A DNA stretch of 64,000 bases from Planctomycetales bacterium (GTDB lineage: Bacteria; 4484-113). Shown in pieces: positions 9,995-20,795 of the stretch. A program made the translations under genes and the position numbers. The stretch is taken from contig JBBIRS010000007.1 of NCBI GenBank assembly GCA_037441675.1, forward strand, positions 1-64,000, given 5' to 3'. How positions within the stretch are numbered: position 1 is the first letter of the stretch; each line of letters starts with the position of its first letter. The notes under the pieces were generated by a model that worked only from the letters and a program-made list of their open reading frames with translations, did not search any database and was not told the origin of the DNA.

Positions 9995-11266
9995 ATGATC
10001 AGCCTCTTGATCCACACTACCGGGCAGATTCTCACGCTCTCAGAGCCACACCATCAGCCAAAGCGCGGTAAAGAGATGTCTCAACTTGAGATTATGAATG
10101 GCGGTTATATCGGGATTGATGCTTCCTCTGGCAAGATTACCTACGTTTCATCCTCTGCGCCGGATTCATCCATCATAGACGAAGCACTTGTTGAGATAGA
10201 CGCAAAGGACAAAGTGATAATGCCCGCCTTCATTGATTGTCATAATCATCTCATTTGGGGCGGAACGCGAGTCGACGAGTTCTTTGAACGCTGTCAAGGC
10301 AAATCGTATCAGGAGATTGCGCGGGATGGCGGGGGTATTCTCTATACCCGTGATAAAACCGTAAATGCGTCCGACGAGGAACTTTTAGGAAAAACCCGAA
10401 GAACCCTGGACGCGCTAACCCGCGCAGGTGTCGCCACAATGGAAGCCAAGACCGGTTACGCTCTCACACTGGAAGGCGAACTGCGATTGCTTTACCTGAT
10501 TAGCCAACTCGCTTCAGAATCTAACGGAAGGATTGTGCCCACACTTCTCCTTCACAAGATTCCTCCGGAAAGGGCAAATGATAGAGAAAGCTTCATAAGC
10601 GAATTTATATCAGTTCTGCCAGTTGTGCGGGCTCAAGGGCTGACAAGTTTTTTGGATGTCTACATTGATGAAAACGCACTGTCAATGGACGAGGCAAGAG
10701 CGGTTCTGACTGAGGCAAAGAAGCTTGGATTTTATTTGCGAATCCATGCGGAGCAGTTCTCCGCGGATGGTTCATCAATGCTTGGAGTTGAACTTGGCGC
10801 CCATACACTTGATCATCTTGACTTTATTTCAGTAGGGGCGATAGAGGCTATCGCTAAAACAAATGCGGTGTGCGTTCTCCTGCCCGGCTCAAATTTCTTC
10901 ACGCGGGAAAGCCATTTCGCTCCCACCCGCGACTTAATTGATTCAGGAGCCATCGTTGCCCTTGCCACTGATCTCAACCCCGGCTCTTCACATATTTTCT
11001 CTCCCGCGTTTATTATGAGCCTAGCTTGTCTCAATATGAAGATGAGAGCGGAGGAATGCCTGAGTGCATTCACGAAGAACTCCGCCTTTGCCCTAAATCT
11101 TGGCTACAATAAGGGCACAATCACTCCGGGAAACGATGCGGACATTCTCATTCTTGACACTGATGATTATAGAGACCTTATCTATGCGATTGGGACAGAC
11201 CTGATTAACAGCCTATTTATAAGTGGTAAATTGATAAATCGTGAAAAGGTGATAGAGAAAGGTTAG
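9995..11266 (+). CDS. hutI: Imidazolonepropionase
   Basis: DCHNHL, GGGILYT, EAKTGY, HAEQF, DHL, LLPG, ATDLNPGSS. Confidence 0.9.
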   Translation: MISLLIHTTGQILTLSEPHHQPKRGKEMSQLEIMNGGYIGIDASSGKITYVSSSAPDSSIIDEALVEIDAKDKVIMPAFIDCHNHLIWGGTRVDEFFERCQGKSYQEIARDGGGILYTRDKTVNASDEELLGKTRRTLDALTRAGVATMEAKTGYALTLEGELRLLYLISQLASESNGRIVPTLLLHKIPPERANDRESFISEFISVLPVVRAQGLTSFLDVYIDENALSMDEARAVLTEAKKLGFYLRIHAEQFSADGSSMLGVELGAHTLDHLDFISVGAIEAIAKTNAVCVLLPGSNFFTRESHFAPTRDLIDSGAIVALATDLNPGSSHIFSPAFIMSLACLNMKMRAEECLSAFTKNSAFALNLGYNKGTITPGNDADILILDTDDYRDLIYAIGTDLINSLFISGKLINREKVIEKG

Positions 11267-11453
11267 TTCTAATACAGTACTAATTCATTACCGCTGAGAA
11301 ATATCACCTCTCTAAAAAAGCCAAACTTAGCAAAAATTACTGTCAAATTTGACCGGGATATTACCAATTTTCAGACACTCACGGTAAACTATGATGATAG
11401 TTGTATCAAACTGTAAGAGAGCCTAATCTAGGAGAATTGGAGTTGTTCATTTT

Positions 11454-12068
11454 ATGTTGAAAGACCTTAGCTTACTAGGTTTTATGGATGAATTGGCGAG
11501 TTCCTCGCCAGTCCCAGGTGGTGGAAGTTCTTCCGCCCTTACGGGCGCCATTGCTTGTGCGCTTCTTGAAATGGTATGCAACTTGACCATCGGTAAGAAG
11601 AAGTACGCGGAGAACGAAGAGCGCGTTAAAGATATCCTTTCGGAGTTGGTTGGTTTAAGACAGAAATTCATCGAGCTGATAGATGAAGACGCAAACGCCT
11701 TCAACGATTACTTCACCTACTTAAAGCTTAAGGAACTCACGCCGGAGCAGGAGCTAAAACGCAGAGAAGCGGAGAAACGTTGCGTTGATATTCCGAGGAG
11801 CACAATGGAAACCGCCATTTCTGCTCTTCTCTTGGCTAACGACCTTGCGCCCATCTGCAATAAGAACGCCATTAGCGATTTGGGTTGTGCGGTGAATTTT
11901 CTTCGTTCCGCCTTTTACGGCGCGGAGCTGAACGTCCGCATTAACCTCGCGGGAAGGGAAAACTCAGAGAACCAGTGCTACCTGAGCTGGCTAAATGAGA
12001 AGAAAAAACTATTTGAGAGCTTGTTTGAATCGGCGCTTGAACCGGTGAGTCTAGAGCTTGCGCTATAA
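11454..12068 (+). CDS. Formiminotetrahydrofolate cyclodeaminase family protein
   Basis: ELASSSPVPGGGS, MVCNLTIGKK, DEDANAF, AISD, LNVRINL. Confidence 0.88.
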   Translation: MLKDLSLLGFMDELASSSPVPGGGSSSALTGAIACALLEMVCNLTIGKKKYAENEERVKDILSELVGLRQKFIELIDEDANAFNDYFTYLKLKELTPEQELKRREAEKRCVDIPRSTMETAISALLLANDLAPICNKNAISDLGCAVNFLRSAFYGAELNVRINLAGRENSENQCYLSWLNEKKKLFESLFESALEPVSLELAL

Positions 12069-12095
12069 ATCTAAAACCATTATTAGAGCTCTTTT

Positions 12096-12160
12096 GGGCG
12101 AAGATTTATACCCCGCCGAATACGGCGTAACTGCGCTATACAAGTTCGCACCCTATAGGG
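12096..12160 (-). repeat. REP-like intergenic element copy
   Basis: Reverse complement reads CTATAGGGTGCGAACTTGTATAGCGC, matching 40782-40807. Confidence 0.6.
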
Positions 12161-12275
12161 AGATTCTTCAAAGACCAAGTTCAGTTCTCACAAGTTTTTC
12201 AAGTCACTTTATACGATGAACATACGAAGCCCGAGCCCTCTTTAAGTTTAATGGTGAATGCCCTGAGTTAATGGC

Positions 12276-13469
12276 TTAAGCCGCGTGAACTATTCTTCCC
12301 TCTCTCATTGTTAAAAGGGTGGTTTTTTGTTTAACCAGCCAGCGCATTATTTCGTCAAAGTTCTCGCCTTCGGGATTTTTCCATATGGATAAATCCGCGT
12401 AACAACCGAGCGAGACCTCTCCAATGAGACCTTCCAAGCCAAGGGGAGTAAGTCCAGCGGTAGTTATCATTTCAAAAACGCGCTCAGCGGAAAGCTCCGG
12501 GAACTTTTTCCATACTTCTTCTGCCTCTCCGAGAATTCTTAAGTCCGAATTACTGCCGTAGCTGTCCGTTCCAAGACAACTCTTGATGCCCGACTTCTGA
12601 TAGGTCATTAAAGGGTGCTCAGGATGCCTAAAATATGAATGGCTCCTTGGGCAGAAGATATGAGTAATACCTGCGGATTTTAACAGCTCAACATCTCCCG
12701 GAAAGATGTAATTAAGATGAACGCAGTATGTCATAGGGCTTAGAATTCCCAAGTCATAAAAGTAGCGAGTAGGGGAGACCCCGGGCGGGCGCCAGTTTTC
12801 ATCAAAAGCTCCCGCTCGCATTAGCAGCTTCTCAATGCTTTCATTGCCTTTGGCTAGAAACTCTATCTCCTCTTTCATCTCGGAAAGATGGGTGGAAAGT
12901 GGTCGGTTCATTTCAACTGCTAGCTCAAAAGCCACCTTCGCCATTTCTGCGCTTGCGGTGTAGGGAGAGTGCGGTGCGAGAGAGTAAATTGTGGATTCCC
13001 TCAGCCTGTCCTTGTTTGGATGGTGGTTGTTGAATTCAAAGAGCTCCCGCAGGCCAAAGTACCTTAAACCCATAGCAAAGATAGATTCAAAATCCAACTG
13101 CATTGTGTAATGGTCTATCAATGTCGTAACGCCAGCGCTAAGAGTTTCACGAACGCTCTCTTCAGGAAAGTAGCCCGGAAGGGTCAAGAAGTCGTGTTTT
13201 AAGTCCCTTATTGCTTGAAGCCAGTCAACAAAGTTGCCATTGTACTTTACCTTTCCACGACAAAACTCAAGCTCAAGATGCGCATGAAAGTTAACGAAAC
13301 CGGGTGCGATTAGGCAATCGCCAAGGTCAATCTTGCTCGCATGGGGAAATTCTATGCATATCTTGTCCTTATTTCCAACTCTCGCGATACGCCCATCGCT
13401 AATATAAACCGCGCCATCGCGTAGCAACTTTCCCGCCTTCTGAACAATCCACTTGGCTCCGATAATCAT
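12276..13469 (-). CDS. Metal-dependent amidohydrolase (nucleoside deaminase-like, possibly aminodeoxyfutalosine deaminase)
   Basis: PGFVNFHAHLEL, APHSPYT, THLSE, VHLN, CPRS, LGTDS. Confidence 0.8.
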   Translation of the reverse strand: MIIGAKWIVQKAGKLLRDGAVYISDGRIARVGNKDKICIEFPHASKIDLGDCLIAPGFVNFHAHLELEFCRGKVKYNGNFVDWLQAIRDLKHDFLTLPGYFPEESVRETLSAGVTTLIDHYTMQLDFESIFAMGLRYFGLRELFEFNNHHPNKDRLRESTIYSLAPHSPYTASAEMAKVAFELAVEMNRPLSTHLSEMKEEIEFLAKGNESIEKLLMRAGAFDENWRPPGVSPTRYFYDLGILSPMTYCVHLNYIFPGDVELLKSAGITHIFCPRSHSYFRHPEHPLMTYQKSGIKSCLGTDSYGSNSDLRILGEAEEVWKKFPELSAERVFEMITTAGLTPLGLEGLIGEVSLGCYADLSIWKNPEGENFDEIMRWLVKQKTTLLTMREGRIVHAA

Positions 13470-13644
13470 TTCTCCCGCACCTGATTGATGTTCGTTAAAT
13501 CCATTATTTTAGCATCTAGAGTTTTTACTAGAAAATCAAGTTAGATTAACAAATTCAGGCTGATTTTTATGTAATTCAGCGATACTGATATTGCGTTTTA
13601 GTTACCCGTGATTGAGACTGAATTTGTCTATTACTTGCTGAAAA

Positions 13645-14779
13645 TTACTTCTTTCTTGAAGCATCTTCCTGAAATTTTCTCCATTTCAGGTACTCAAAGA
13701 TAAAATCGTTTATCTCTCCATTAAGCACGCGTTCAGCGTTTGAAGTTTCATAGTTTGTCCTAAGGTCTTTAACTAACTGATAGGGATGAAGGACGTAGGA
13801 GCGGATTTGATTTCCCCATGCCATATCCTTTCTTGTGCCTCTAATGCCTTCTATCAATTGTTTCTTTTCCTCCTGTTTAATCGCAACCAACCTTGAATAT
13901 AGAACGCGAAGGGCAAGGAGGCGGTTTAGATGTTGACTGCGTTCATTTTGACAGCTAACGACGATTCCTGTTGGCTTGTGAGTTATCCTAACCGCTGAGC
14001 TAGTCTTGTTAACGTGCTGACCTCCTGCACCGCTTGCGCGGAAAGTTTCTATCTGCAGATCCTCTTCGGATATTTCAATCTCACTCTCATCTTTGATTTC
14101 CGGTATCACGTCCACAGCGGCAAAGGAGGTGTGCCTTCTTTTATTTGCGTCGAAGGGAGAAATTCTAACCAGCCGGTGAACACCATGCTCGCCCTTGAGC
14201 ATTCCATAGGCGAACTCTCCACTCACCTCAAATGTCAGAGACTTTGTTCCCGCTTCCTCGCCAGCCAGCCTATCAACTATTTTCACCGTCATCCCTTGAT
14301 TCTTCGCCCAGTTTAGATACATCCTTGAAAGCATATCCACCCAATCCTGACTTTCAGTTCCCCCGGCACCTGCGTGTATTGATACGATGGCGTCCAGTTG
14401 GTCGTTCTCGCCAGATAAAAGGCTGAACGTCTTTTCTCTTTCTAATTCCCTTTCAGCGCTCTCAAGTATTTCCTTAAGCTCCCTGTATTCATCGGAGTTT
14501 TCTTTAGCCTGCTCTTCGGAAATTAGCTCTATCAGAGCCTCAGCATCGCTAAGCTTGGATGAAAGTTTCTCAAATCGCGATACCAGCCGTTCAAGTTGAC
14601 TAAGCTCCTGATTATGCGCCTTTATCCTTTCATAATCATTCCAAGCTTCTTCCTTTTCAAGTTGCGCCTTGAGGGATACTATGCGCGCAGTTTTGGCGGA
14701 GAGGTCAAAGGTAACCCCGCATTTCATCTAGCTCTTCCTGAAGAGCTTTCAACTTTTCCGCCTCTTCATTTATCGGCAT
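13645..14779 (-). CDS. prfB: Peptide chain release factor 2 with programmed +1 frameshift
   Basis: ATG at 14779 gives MPINEEAEKLKALQEELDEMRGYL, then CTT-TGA-C (14710-14704) preceded by an internal SD-like GGGG. The downstream frame has SPF and GGQ motifs. Confidence 0.95.
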
Positions 14780-14876
14780 AAGCTATTCTACCAGAGTAGC
14801 CATTAAATACTTTTAGCTTAGTTTGATTTTAGAGTAGATTTTGCAGAAGAATTTGGCGAAGAATTCACAGGGACAG

Positions 14877-16409
14877 TTAAAACAGTTCTTCCGAAACTCC
14901 TCTTATGGCTACTATTGAAAATCCTACCGCTGAAAGAATAACAATCGTAAAACTTAAAGAATCGCCAACGAAGAGATACAAGCTCATTGACTCGCTTATC
15001 GGCAAGTCGTAATGAAAAAAGGTTTTTACGTTTAGTGGCGTTTGGAGGGTTACCCTGCCTGATGGAAGTGTCACTTGGGATATGCCTGTGGTTGCAACCC
15101 TGAAAACCGTCCGCCTATTCTCAACCGCCCTGAAAGAATCAAGTGCTAGATGCTGATACACGCTAGCAGGCATTTCATTCCACGAGTTATTTGTGAGGAG
15201 AAAGATGACGCGCGCACCTTCTCTTACCTGCTTGAGAAAAACTTGCGGAAAAAGATTGTCAAAGCAAACTCCAACACCAATCTTTGCGCCATTAAGGTTA
15301 ATTGGCTCAACTTTCTTGGAGGCGGTTATGTCTTTATCGCCCCATGGATATTCCAAAAAACGAGCGATTCTCGCAAGTGGAACAAACTCTCCATATGGAA
15401 CTAGCCTAGGTTTAAGATAGTACTTAAGGCTCTTTCCGCCCTCCTCAATAAGAAGCGCTCCGTTGTAAATCTTCCCATCCGAGTCCATTAAAAAAGTTCC
15501 ATTTAATAAAGATACCTGCCTCTCATTCTGCCAAATTGGATATAGCCATAACGGTATCTCAGGGTTTTCAAGGAAGTAAGAATGCGGGACCGCTGACTCT
15601 GGCCAGACGATTAACTTTGCCTTACCTTCCGAGTTTAGCGCGGAAATGGAAGTGCCAACGTAAGCGCTCAAGGTTTTCTCAAAGTATTCCTTCTCCTGCC
15701 AGTCCGTTCTACTGCTAATTCCACCTTGAACTCCGATTGCGCTCAGCTTCTCAAAGCCTTCCTCTGATTTTGTATAGCTAAGATAGTTGAACCATCCCCA
15801 GCCGTAGCTAGTTAGTAGGAGAAGAATAGACACAAGCGATGGCTTGAGTTTCTTGGAAAATCTCTCCTCGGCAAAAAGGAGAAAGTATAGAGTGTAACTT
15901 GCGAGAATGATATAGAAGCTAACGATGAATTCGCCACCAAGGCTGGCAAGCTGAAGAATTGGTTCGTTGCGATAAAGGGAATGAGCGATATTAAGCCAAG
16001 GAAATCCAGAGGCGCCAAAGCTTCTCAAGAATTCCATACTTGCCCATATTCCGGGAACGAGAAAAAAGTGAAGCCCACCCTGCTTACCCTTAAGAAGAAT
16101 ATTTATAAGTACGCATAATGTTCCGAACCAAAGGCTTAGATAGAATGACATTATAATAAGTGGGAATTGACCATAGGAGTCTGCTATCCAGTATAGAGTT
16201 GTATAATGGAAGATGAAGCCAGCGATTGCTCCCAGAAGAAAAGCGGTTCTGGCGAGAGTTAATCTGGAAAGTGCGATAAATAGTAGGATTGGCGCAACAA
16301 AGCTTAAGTATGGAAAAGAAATAACGCCTTGATAAAGAGAGAGTGAAACGGGAAAGGCAAAGGCAAGGGCGAGCGCTGAAAATATTACAAGAATTAGGGC
16401 TAACAGCAT
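14877..16409 (-). CDS. lnt: Apolipoprotein N-acyltransferase
   Basis: Multiple TM helices, GFPW, VWPES, KPRLVPYGE, VCFD, TNNSW, RAVENR. Confidence 0.9.
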   Translation of the reverse strand: MLLALILVIFSALALAFAFPVSLSLYQGVISFPYLSFVAPILLFIALSRLTLARTAFLLGAIAGFIFHYTTLYWIADSYGQFPLIIMSFYLSLWFGTLCVLINILLKGKQGGLHFFLVPGIWASMEFLRSFGASGFPWLNIAHSLYRNEPILQLASLGGEFIVSFYIILASYTLYFLLFAEERFSKKLKPSLVSILLLLTSYGWGWFNYLSYTKSEEGFEKLSAIGVQGGISSRTDWQEKEYFEKTLSAYVGTSISALNSEGKAKLIVWPESAVPHSYFLENPEIPLWLYPIWQNERQVSLLNGTFLMDSDGKIYNGALLIEEGGKSLKYYLKPRLVPYGEFVPLARIARFLEYPWGDKDITASKKVEPINLNGAKIGVGVCFDNLFPQVFLKQVREGARVIFLLTNNSWNEMPASVYQHLALDSFRAVENRRTVFRVATTGISQVTLPSGRVTLQTPLNVKTFFHYDLPISESMSLYLFVGDSLSFTIVILSAVGFSIVAIRGVSEELF

Positions 16410-16495
16410 TCTAGCATCATAATAACATCATTGTAATTGGACGTTGTCAATTGTGATTCTCATCAATCGTTGCGTAAAATATACTAGCTTTTTTA

Positions 16496-17152
16496 ATGAC
16501 GAATCCAATGAACAGGAGTATGAATTTGTTAATCTTTGTCAGGCACGGTGAAACCGATTGGAATAAGGAGAAAAGATTTCAGGGCGGGAAGTCAGAAGTT
16601 CCGTTGAATGAGGTGGGTAAACTTCAGAGCGCATATCTAGCGCGGGCTTTGATGAGGGACAACTGCGTAATTGTGCTATCCTCACCTCTTTTAAGGGCAA
16701 GGGCTACCGCTGAAGTAATAGCGGAGTACAACTCAATTCCATTGGAAGTTGTTGATGAACTGAGGGAGCTTTCATTTGGAGAGTATGAGGGCAGGCTTGA
16801 AAGCGAGCTTGAGGCTTCCTACGGAGAGGAGTTCAAAGTCTGGCGGGAGAGCAACTATACATTAGCGCCACCTGGCGGTGAAAGCATTTGGGATGTGAGA
16901 GACAGAGCGGAGAAGGCACTCGAAGTAGCGAGAAAGTACCTTGAATGGGGCAGTGTTGTCATCTGCGCCCATCAGGGTATAAATATGGCTCTTAAAGCGC
17001 TCATTACTGGTGATTATTCTGCGGATGTGGTTAAGAATTATCGTCAACCGAACAACCGCATTGATTACTGGCTATTATCAGAAGGAAGACAATTAAGGAC
17101 TTCTGAGGTGTATGGTTCATACGCAGGGTTTATTCCAGCTTCATCAGTATAG
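16496..17152 (+). CDS. Histidine phosphatase family protein
   Basis: RHGETDWN, SSPLLRA, LRELSFG, GGES, AHQG. Confidence 0.9.
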   Translation: MTNPMNRSMNLLIFVRHGETDWNKEKRFQGGKSEVPLNEVGKLQSAYLARALMRDNCVIVLSSPLLRARATAEVIAEYNSIPLEVVDELRELSFGEYEGRLESELEASYGEEFKVWRESNYTLAPPGGESIWDVRDRAEKALEVARKYLEWGSVVICAHQGINMALKALITGDYSADVVKNYRQPNNRIDYWLLSEGRQLRTSEVYGSYAGFIPASSV

Positions 17153-17593
17153 ATATTGTGTGAAGTGTTAATTCTGTTAAGCGCGTCGCGATAAAACAAA
17201 ATTTCTGGTGAATTTAATGGAAAAGTTGACGCAATAAAAAACTTGAAGATGATGAAAGAATAAAAGAAAAAGAAAATCAGATGAATAAAAGCGTAAGAAT
17301 TTTTTAGGAAAATTCGTCCAACTCTAAACACATCCTTTTGTTCGGGGGAGAGATAAAATCTCCGCCGATGATTAAACTTTGATGACCCTCAGCCTTTCTT
17401 TTCCAGATATCATCCTGAGTGGCGAGGTTAAGTCTTGGGGAGATTGCAGATGAATGCGGATAAATGCGGATAAAAATGTTCCGCTATTAGCGCAGAATTA
17501 AGTGCTTAAGATTTCTTGATGGAGATTGGGTTTATACTAGGCAGGGTCACTTAAAGCAGAGTAACTAAAAAGTTTTATTTCTGCTCGGCTCAG

Positions 17594-17950
17594 TTACTCT
17601 TTCTGTTCAAGGATAAATCTTCTAATATCGCTTCCAAGGTCATACTTATTCAGCTTCTTGACATCGCTGAAGGAAACTTCAATGTAGGGGACTGTTTTAT
17701 CGAAGATACCGACACCTACAATCTTTCCAAACGCTTCAACAAGCTCTCCATTGGCATTCCAGTTTCTAACCGCTTGGAACTTAACAACATCTCCAACCCT
17801 ATAGTCGTCCCGGGATGCGGTGGGGTCATACTCGGGGTACGTTTCGCCTTTGACTAACTTTTTCCGTCCTCTAGTCTTTCCAGTGGTTGAGCGACTAGGT
17901 TTATCCGCAACGTCATTTGCCTCAAGATCAGTTTTTTTTCTTGGTGACAT
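17594..17950 (-). CDS. Hypothetical small protein with a basic N-tail and a possible SH3/Tudor-like domain
   Basis: Open frame with ATG at 17950. The YRVGDVV...FGKIV...YIEVSF pattern suggests the fold; family not recognised. Confidence 0.6.
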   Translation of the reverse strand: MSPRKKTDLEANDVADKPSRSTTGKTRGRKKLVKGETYPEYDPTASRDDYRVGDVVKFQAVRNWNANGELVEAFGKIVGVGIFDKTVPYIEVSFSDVKKLNKYDLGSDIRRFILEQKE

Positions 17951-18059
17951 TCTTCCAGACTCTTTATTATATTCATAAGTTATCGCCAAGTCAACATGTA
18001 TGAGGAATTTACTTGCTGAAAATTTATCAGGATGAACATTTCATGAAAAATCCGCACTA

Positions 18060-18145
18060 TAGCCCGCAGGTGTAGGCGGGGACCTGTGCCCCGCCAAGAT
18101 GAATGAAATGACGGCGACCCACAGGCGGTCGCCCTTCAGGGAATT
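18060..18145 (+). repeat. REP-like intergenic element copy
   Basis: GTAGGCGGGG..CCCCGCC, then AAGATGAATGAAATGACGGCGACCCACAGGCGGTCGCCCTTCAG. Confidence 0.75.
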
Positions 18146-18323
18146 ATTCATTAGAGTGAGCGATACTAGTGCAAGCATTATAGAAAAATTTTCCACTCTT
18201 CTCGCTGATTACTGAACAGATAAGTTTATTCTTAAATTTTGCGTTAATTGATTCTGATATAATTTCAAATTGAGGGCGTATGCGCTTTCGTTTTCAATTT
18301 CTAAATGGAAAGTGTGAGGTTTA

Positions 18324-18782
18324 TTGGCGGAACTAATTGAAAGATATATTTTTCTTATCGTGCCAGCGATTGCATGGCTACTGGGGCAGGTATTGAAGGT
18401 TCTCTTTTATGCTATACTTGAAAAGCGCATAAATATCGCAAAGCTTTTTGATGTTGGTGGGATGCCGTCATCTCACTCCGCCCTTGTTGTTTCTCTGGCT
18501 ACGATTGTGGGGATGAAGGAAGGAACTAACTCACCACTCTTCGCGGTGGCGCTATTCTTTGCGCTTGTGGTTATGTACGATGCTACTAACCTTAGAAGAG
18601 CAAGCGGAGAACACGCTCAAACCCTCAATCGCATAATTCCGGAACTGCTTCACGGGAAGATAATTCCACCTTACGAGTTCAAAGAGTTTTATGAGGCGTT
18701 AGGTCATAGCCCCTTTGAGGTTCTGGTAGGGACAATCTTTGGCTTTCTGGTAGCCTGGATTATAGGTTCACTCGCGTTGTGA
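18324..18782 (+). CDS. Divergent PAP2 family membrane protein (DUF212)
   Basis: GGMPSSHSA, VMYDA, LGHSPFEV. Confidence 0.9.
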   Translation: MAELIERYIFLIVPAIAWLLGQVLKVLFYAILEKRINIAKLFDVGGMPSSHSALVVSLATIVGMKEGTNSPLFAVALFFALVVMYDATNLRRASGEHAQTLNRIIPELLHGKIIPPYEFKEFYEALGHSPFEVLVGTIFGFLVAWIIGSLAL

Positions 18783-19733
18783 ATGCCTAAGATCAAGAAA
18801 CTTCCTTTGAGCGAGCTTCTAATTGCGAAGGGATTTGCAACTAATGAAAAAGTTGCAGTTTCTCTTATAATTCAAGGAAAAGTGAGCGTAGAGGGCAGGG
18901 TTTGCAAAGGTGCAAGAGAGAGATTCTCAGAGGATGCTGATGTTGAAGTTGTTGATGCATCCTCTCCTTACCTTTCCCGCGGCGGATTGAAACTTGCCAA
19001 CTTTCTTGATTCTCTAGGAGTGCTTTCACCTAAAATTTCTGATGCAGTCTGTCTGGACATTGGTTCTGGAACAGGCGGTTTTACTCAGGTTCTACTCGAA
19101 AGAAACGCTAGGAAGGTCTATGCGGTGGATGTTGGCGTTGGAGTGATTGCGCCAGCCCTTCGTAACGATAAGAGGATTGTACTGCTTGAAGGCTTTAACG
19201 CTAAGTTTCTAACAACTGAAGAAATTCCAGAGGAGATTCAACTCGTGACCATCGATGTATCATTTATCTCAGGGGTGTCGCTTCTGAAGGTAGTTAGGAA
19301 CCTTCGCTTGGCAAGGGCTGATTCTATTGAGTGCAAGGTTATCCTGCTGGCAAAACCGCAGTTTGAGCGGGAGAATAACCCCGAGGATGTCAGGCGAGGT
19401 GAATTCGTCAAAGGCGTTATTAAAAGCAAAGCACTGATGCTTAGAACTCTTATGAGAATCTATGAGAAAATTACCTCATTCTGCTTTACTCCACTAAGAA
19501 TTGCACTGGCGGAACCTAGAGGTACTAAGGGGAATTTTGAATTCTTCCTGTTACTAAGAGAGGCACGTCAGGACGATTTTGGAGATGATTCTCTGGGGGA
19601 TAGCTTATTGAATGGCTCAGGTGGGAGAAAAGGGAAAGGAAGGCATGTTACCTCTGATATGAATGTCTCTCTTGATAAAGCTACATTTTATGGAATAGCG
19701 CAGGATATAATCAACTCTCTTCCTCTTGTTTGA
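18783..19733 (+). CDS. tlyA: TlyA-family rRNA methyltransferase
   Basis: S4-like N-terminus, YLSRGGLKL, LDIGSGTGGFT, DVSFIS, KPQFE, GTKGNFEF. Confidence 0.9.
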   Translation: MPKIKKLPLSELLIAKGFATNEKVAVSLIIQGKVSVEGRVCKGARERFSEDADVEVVDASSPYLSRGGLKLANFLDSLGVLSPKISDAVCLDIGSGTGGFTQVLLERNARKVYAVDVGVGVIAPALRNDKRIVLLEGFNAKFLTTEEIPEEIQLVTIDVSFISGVSLLKVVRNLRLARADSIECKVILLAKPQFERENNPEDVRRGEFVKGVIKSKALMLRTLMRIYEKITSFCFTPLRIALAEPRGTKGNFEFFLLLREARQDDFGDDSLGDSLLNGSGGRKGKGRHVTSDMNVSLDKATFYGIAQDIINSLPLV

Positions 19734-19937
19734 AAAAGCTGGTTCGCCATCTCATTTTGATAGCTGGTTCTTACGCTTGCGATTTAATTGCGCATTTTTC
19801 GTGCAAAATGTGTTGCCTAAAGTAAATAAATACGTTGTCTTAAGTTAATAAATATTTTGTTTTGTATTAATATGAGTTAATAAGTGTTGAGTAAATTTTG
19901 GTTATAAACAAATAAACAACATATTATCCCCAACTTA

Positions 19938-19966
19938 TTGACATTCACGATTTTAGTTGTTACAAT
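19938..19966 (+). promoter_or_regulatory. Sigma70-type promoter
   Basis: TTGACA-17 nt-TACAAT, followed by a GGAGG SD before ATG 19990, with an AT-rich upstream region. Confidence 0.75.
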
Positions 19967-19989
19967 TTGCTAATTAACAGGAGGAGGAA

Positions 19990-20679
19990 ATGAACAGAAT
20001 AATTTGGCAAGCGATAACAGTAGTATTGATTCTCAGCTTGCTCCTTCTTCCGAGTGGAGGGGTGCACGCCTTACCAAGTTACCTCGGCTCATCGGGGTTA
20101 ATACTTACCCCTGATGGACAAGCTACGGGTTTCCAATCGTTTTCTTTTTCCGCGCACTTCTTCAATCTTTCCGGGACGTTGCGAAGGTATGGTTTAGATG
20201 GTTCTGGCAGTGCTTTTTCTGCAAATTACAGTCCAGTACCTGCGCTTGAAGTGGGTTTTACTTCGCTGAAAACTGACACGAGTGACCGCGCAAATATGCT
20301 AAATGGAAAGCTGATCATTTCATCTGAAAGCGAGATACAGCCAATCTCATTTACCGCTGGCATCTTGGACGCCCTCGATGAGCAGGAGGTTTCGCCCTAC
20401 TTCCTTTTGAGCAAGAGTCTTCGGCTCTCAGGACCAACCGCAAAGAACCAAATTGGATTAGCGGTTAATGCGGGCTATGGCGGGGGAATCTATGATGACG
20501 GAATACTTTTGGGCGGAGAGTTGAAACTTACACCTCAATTCTCGCTACTTGCTGAGGGAACGAAAAGATACATTAACTTTGGCGCAAGGTTTACCTCGCA
20601 AGGCTTAGCCCTTGACCTTGGCTTAATCGACGTTGAAGACTTGGCTGGAGGGATTAGTTATAGCTTCTTTTGGAGATAA
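19990..20679 (+). CDS. Exported protein, probable small outer-membrane beta-barrel (YjbH-domain-like)
   Basis: Signal peptide (VHA-LPS), GSSGLILTP, alternating beta-strand pattern, aromatic C-terminus ISYSFFWR. Confidence 0.6.
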   Translation: MNRIIWQAITVVLILSLLLLPSGGVHALPSYLGSSGLILTPDGQATGFQSFSFSAHFFNLSGTLRRYGLDGSGSAFSANYSPVPALEVGFTSLKTDTSDRANMLNGKLIISSESEIQPISFTAGILDALDEQEVSPYFLLSKSLRLSGPTAKNQIGLAVNAGYGGGIYDDGILLGGELKLTPQFSLLAEGTKRYINFGARFTSQGLALDLGLIDVEDLAGGISYSFFWR

Positions 20680-20795
20680 AAACTGAGAGAAATTCTCTTA
20701 AAATCGCTTGCGGAAATGAGTAACTCAAGAGGACACATCTGTGAGGCACTTTTGTACTCTCAATTTTGCAAGCGGGCAACCATAAAATAGCTGCT

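Noticed and set aside
17340..17480. Hairpin plus three 10-nt repeats (GCAGATGAAT GCGGATAAAT GCGGATAAAA), considered as an ncRNA or fluoride riboswitch
   Set aside because: The consensus elements are missing and the repeat is too short to assign
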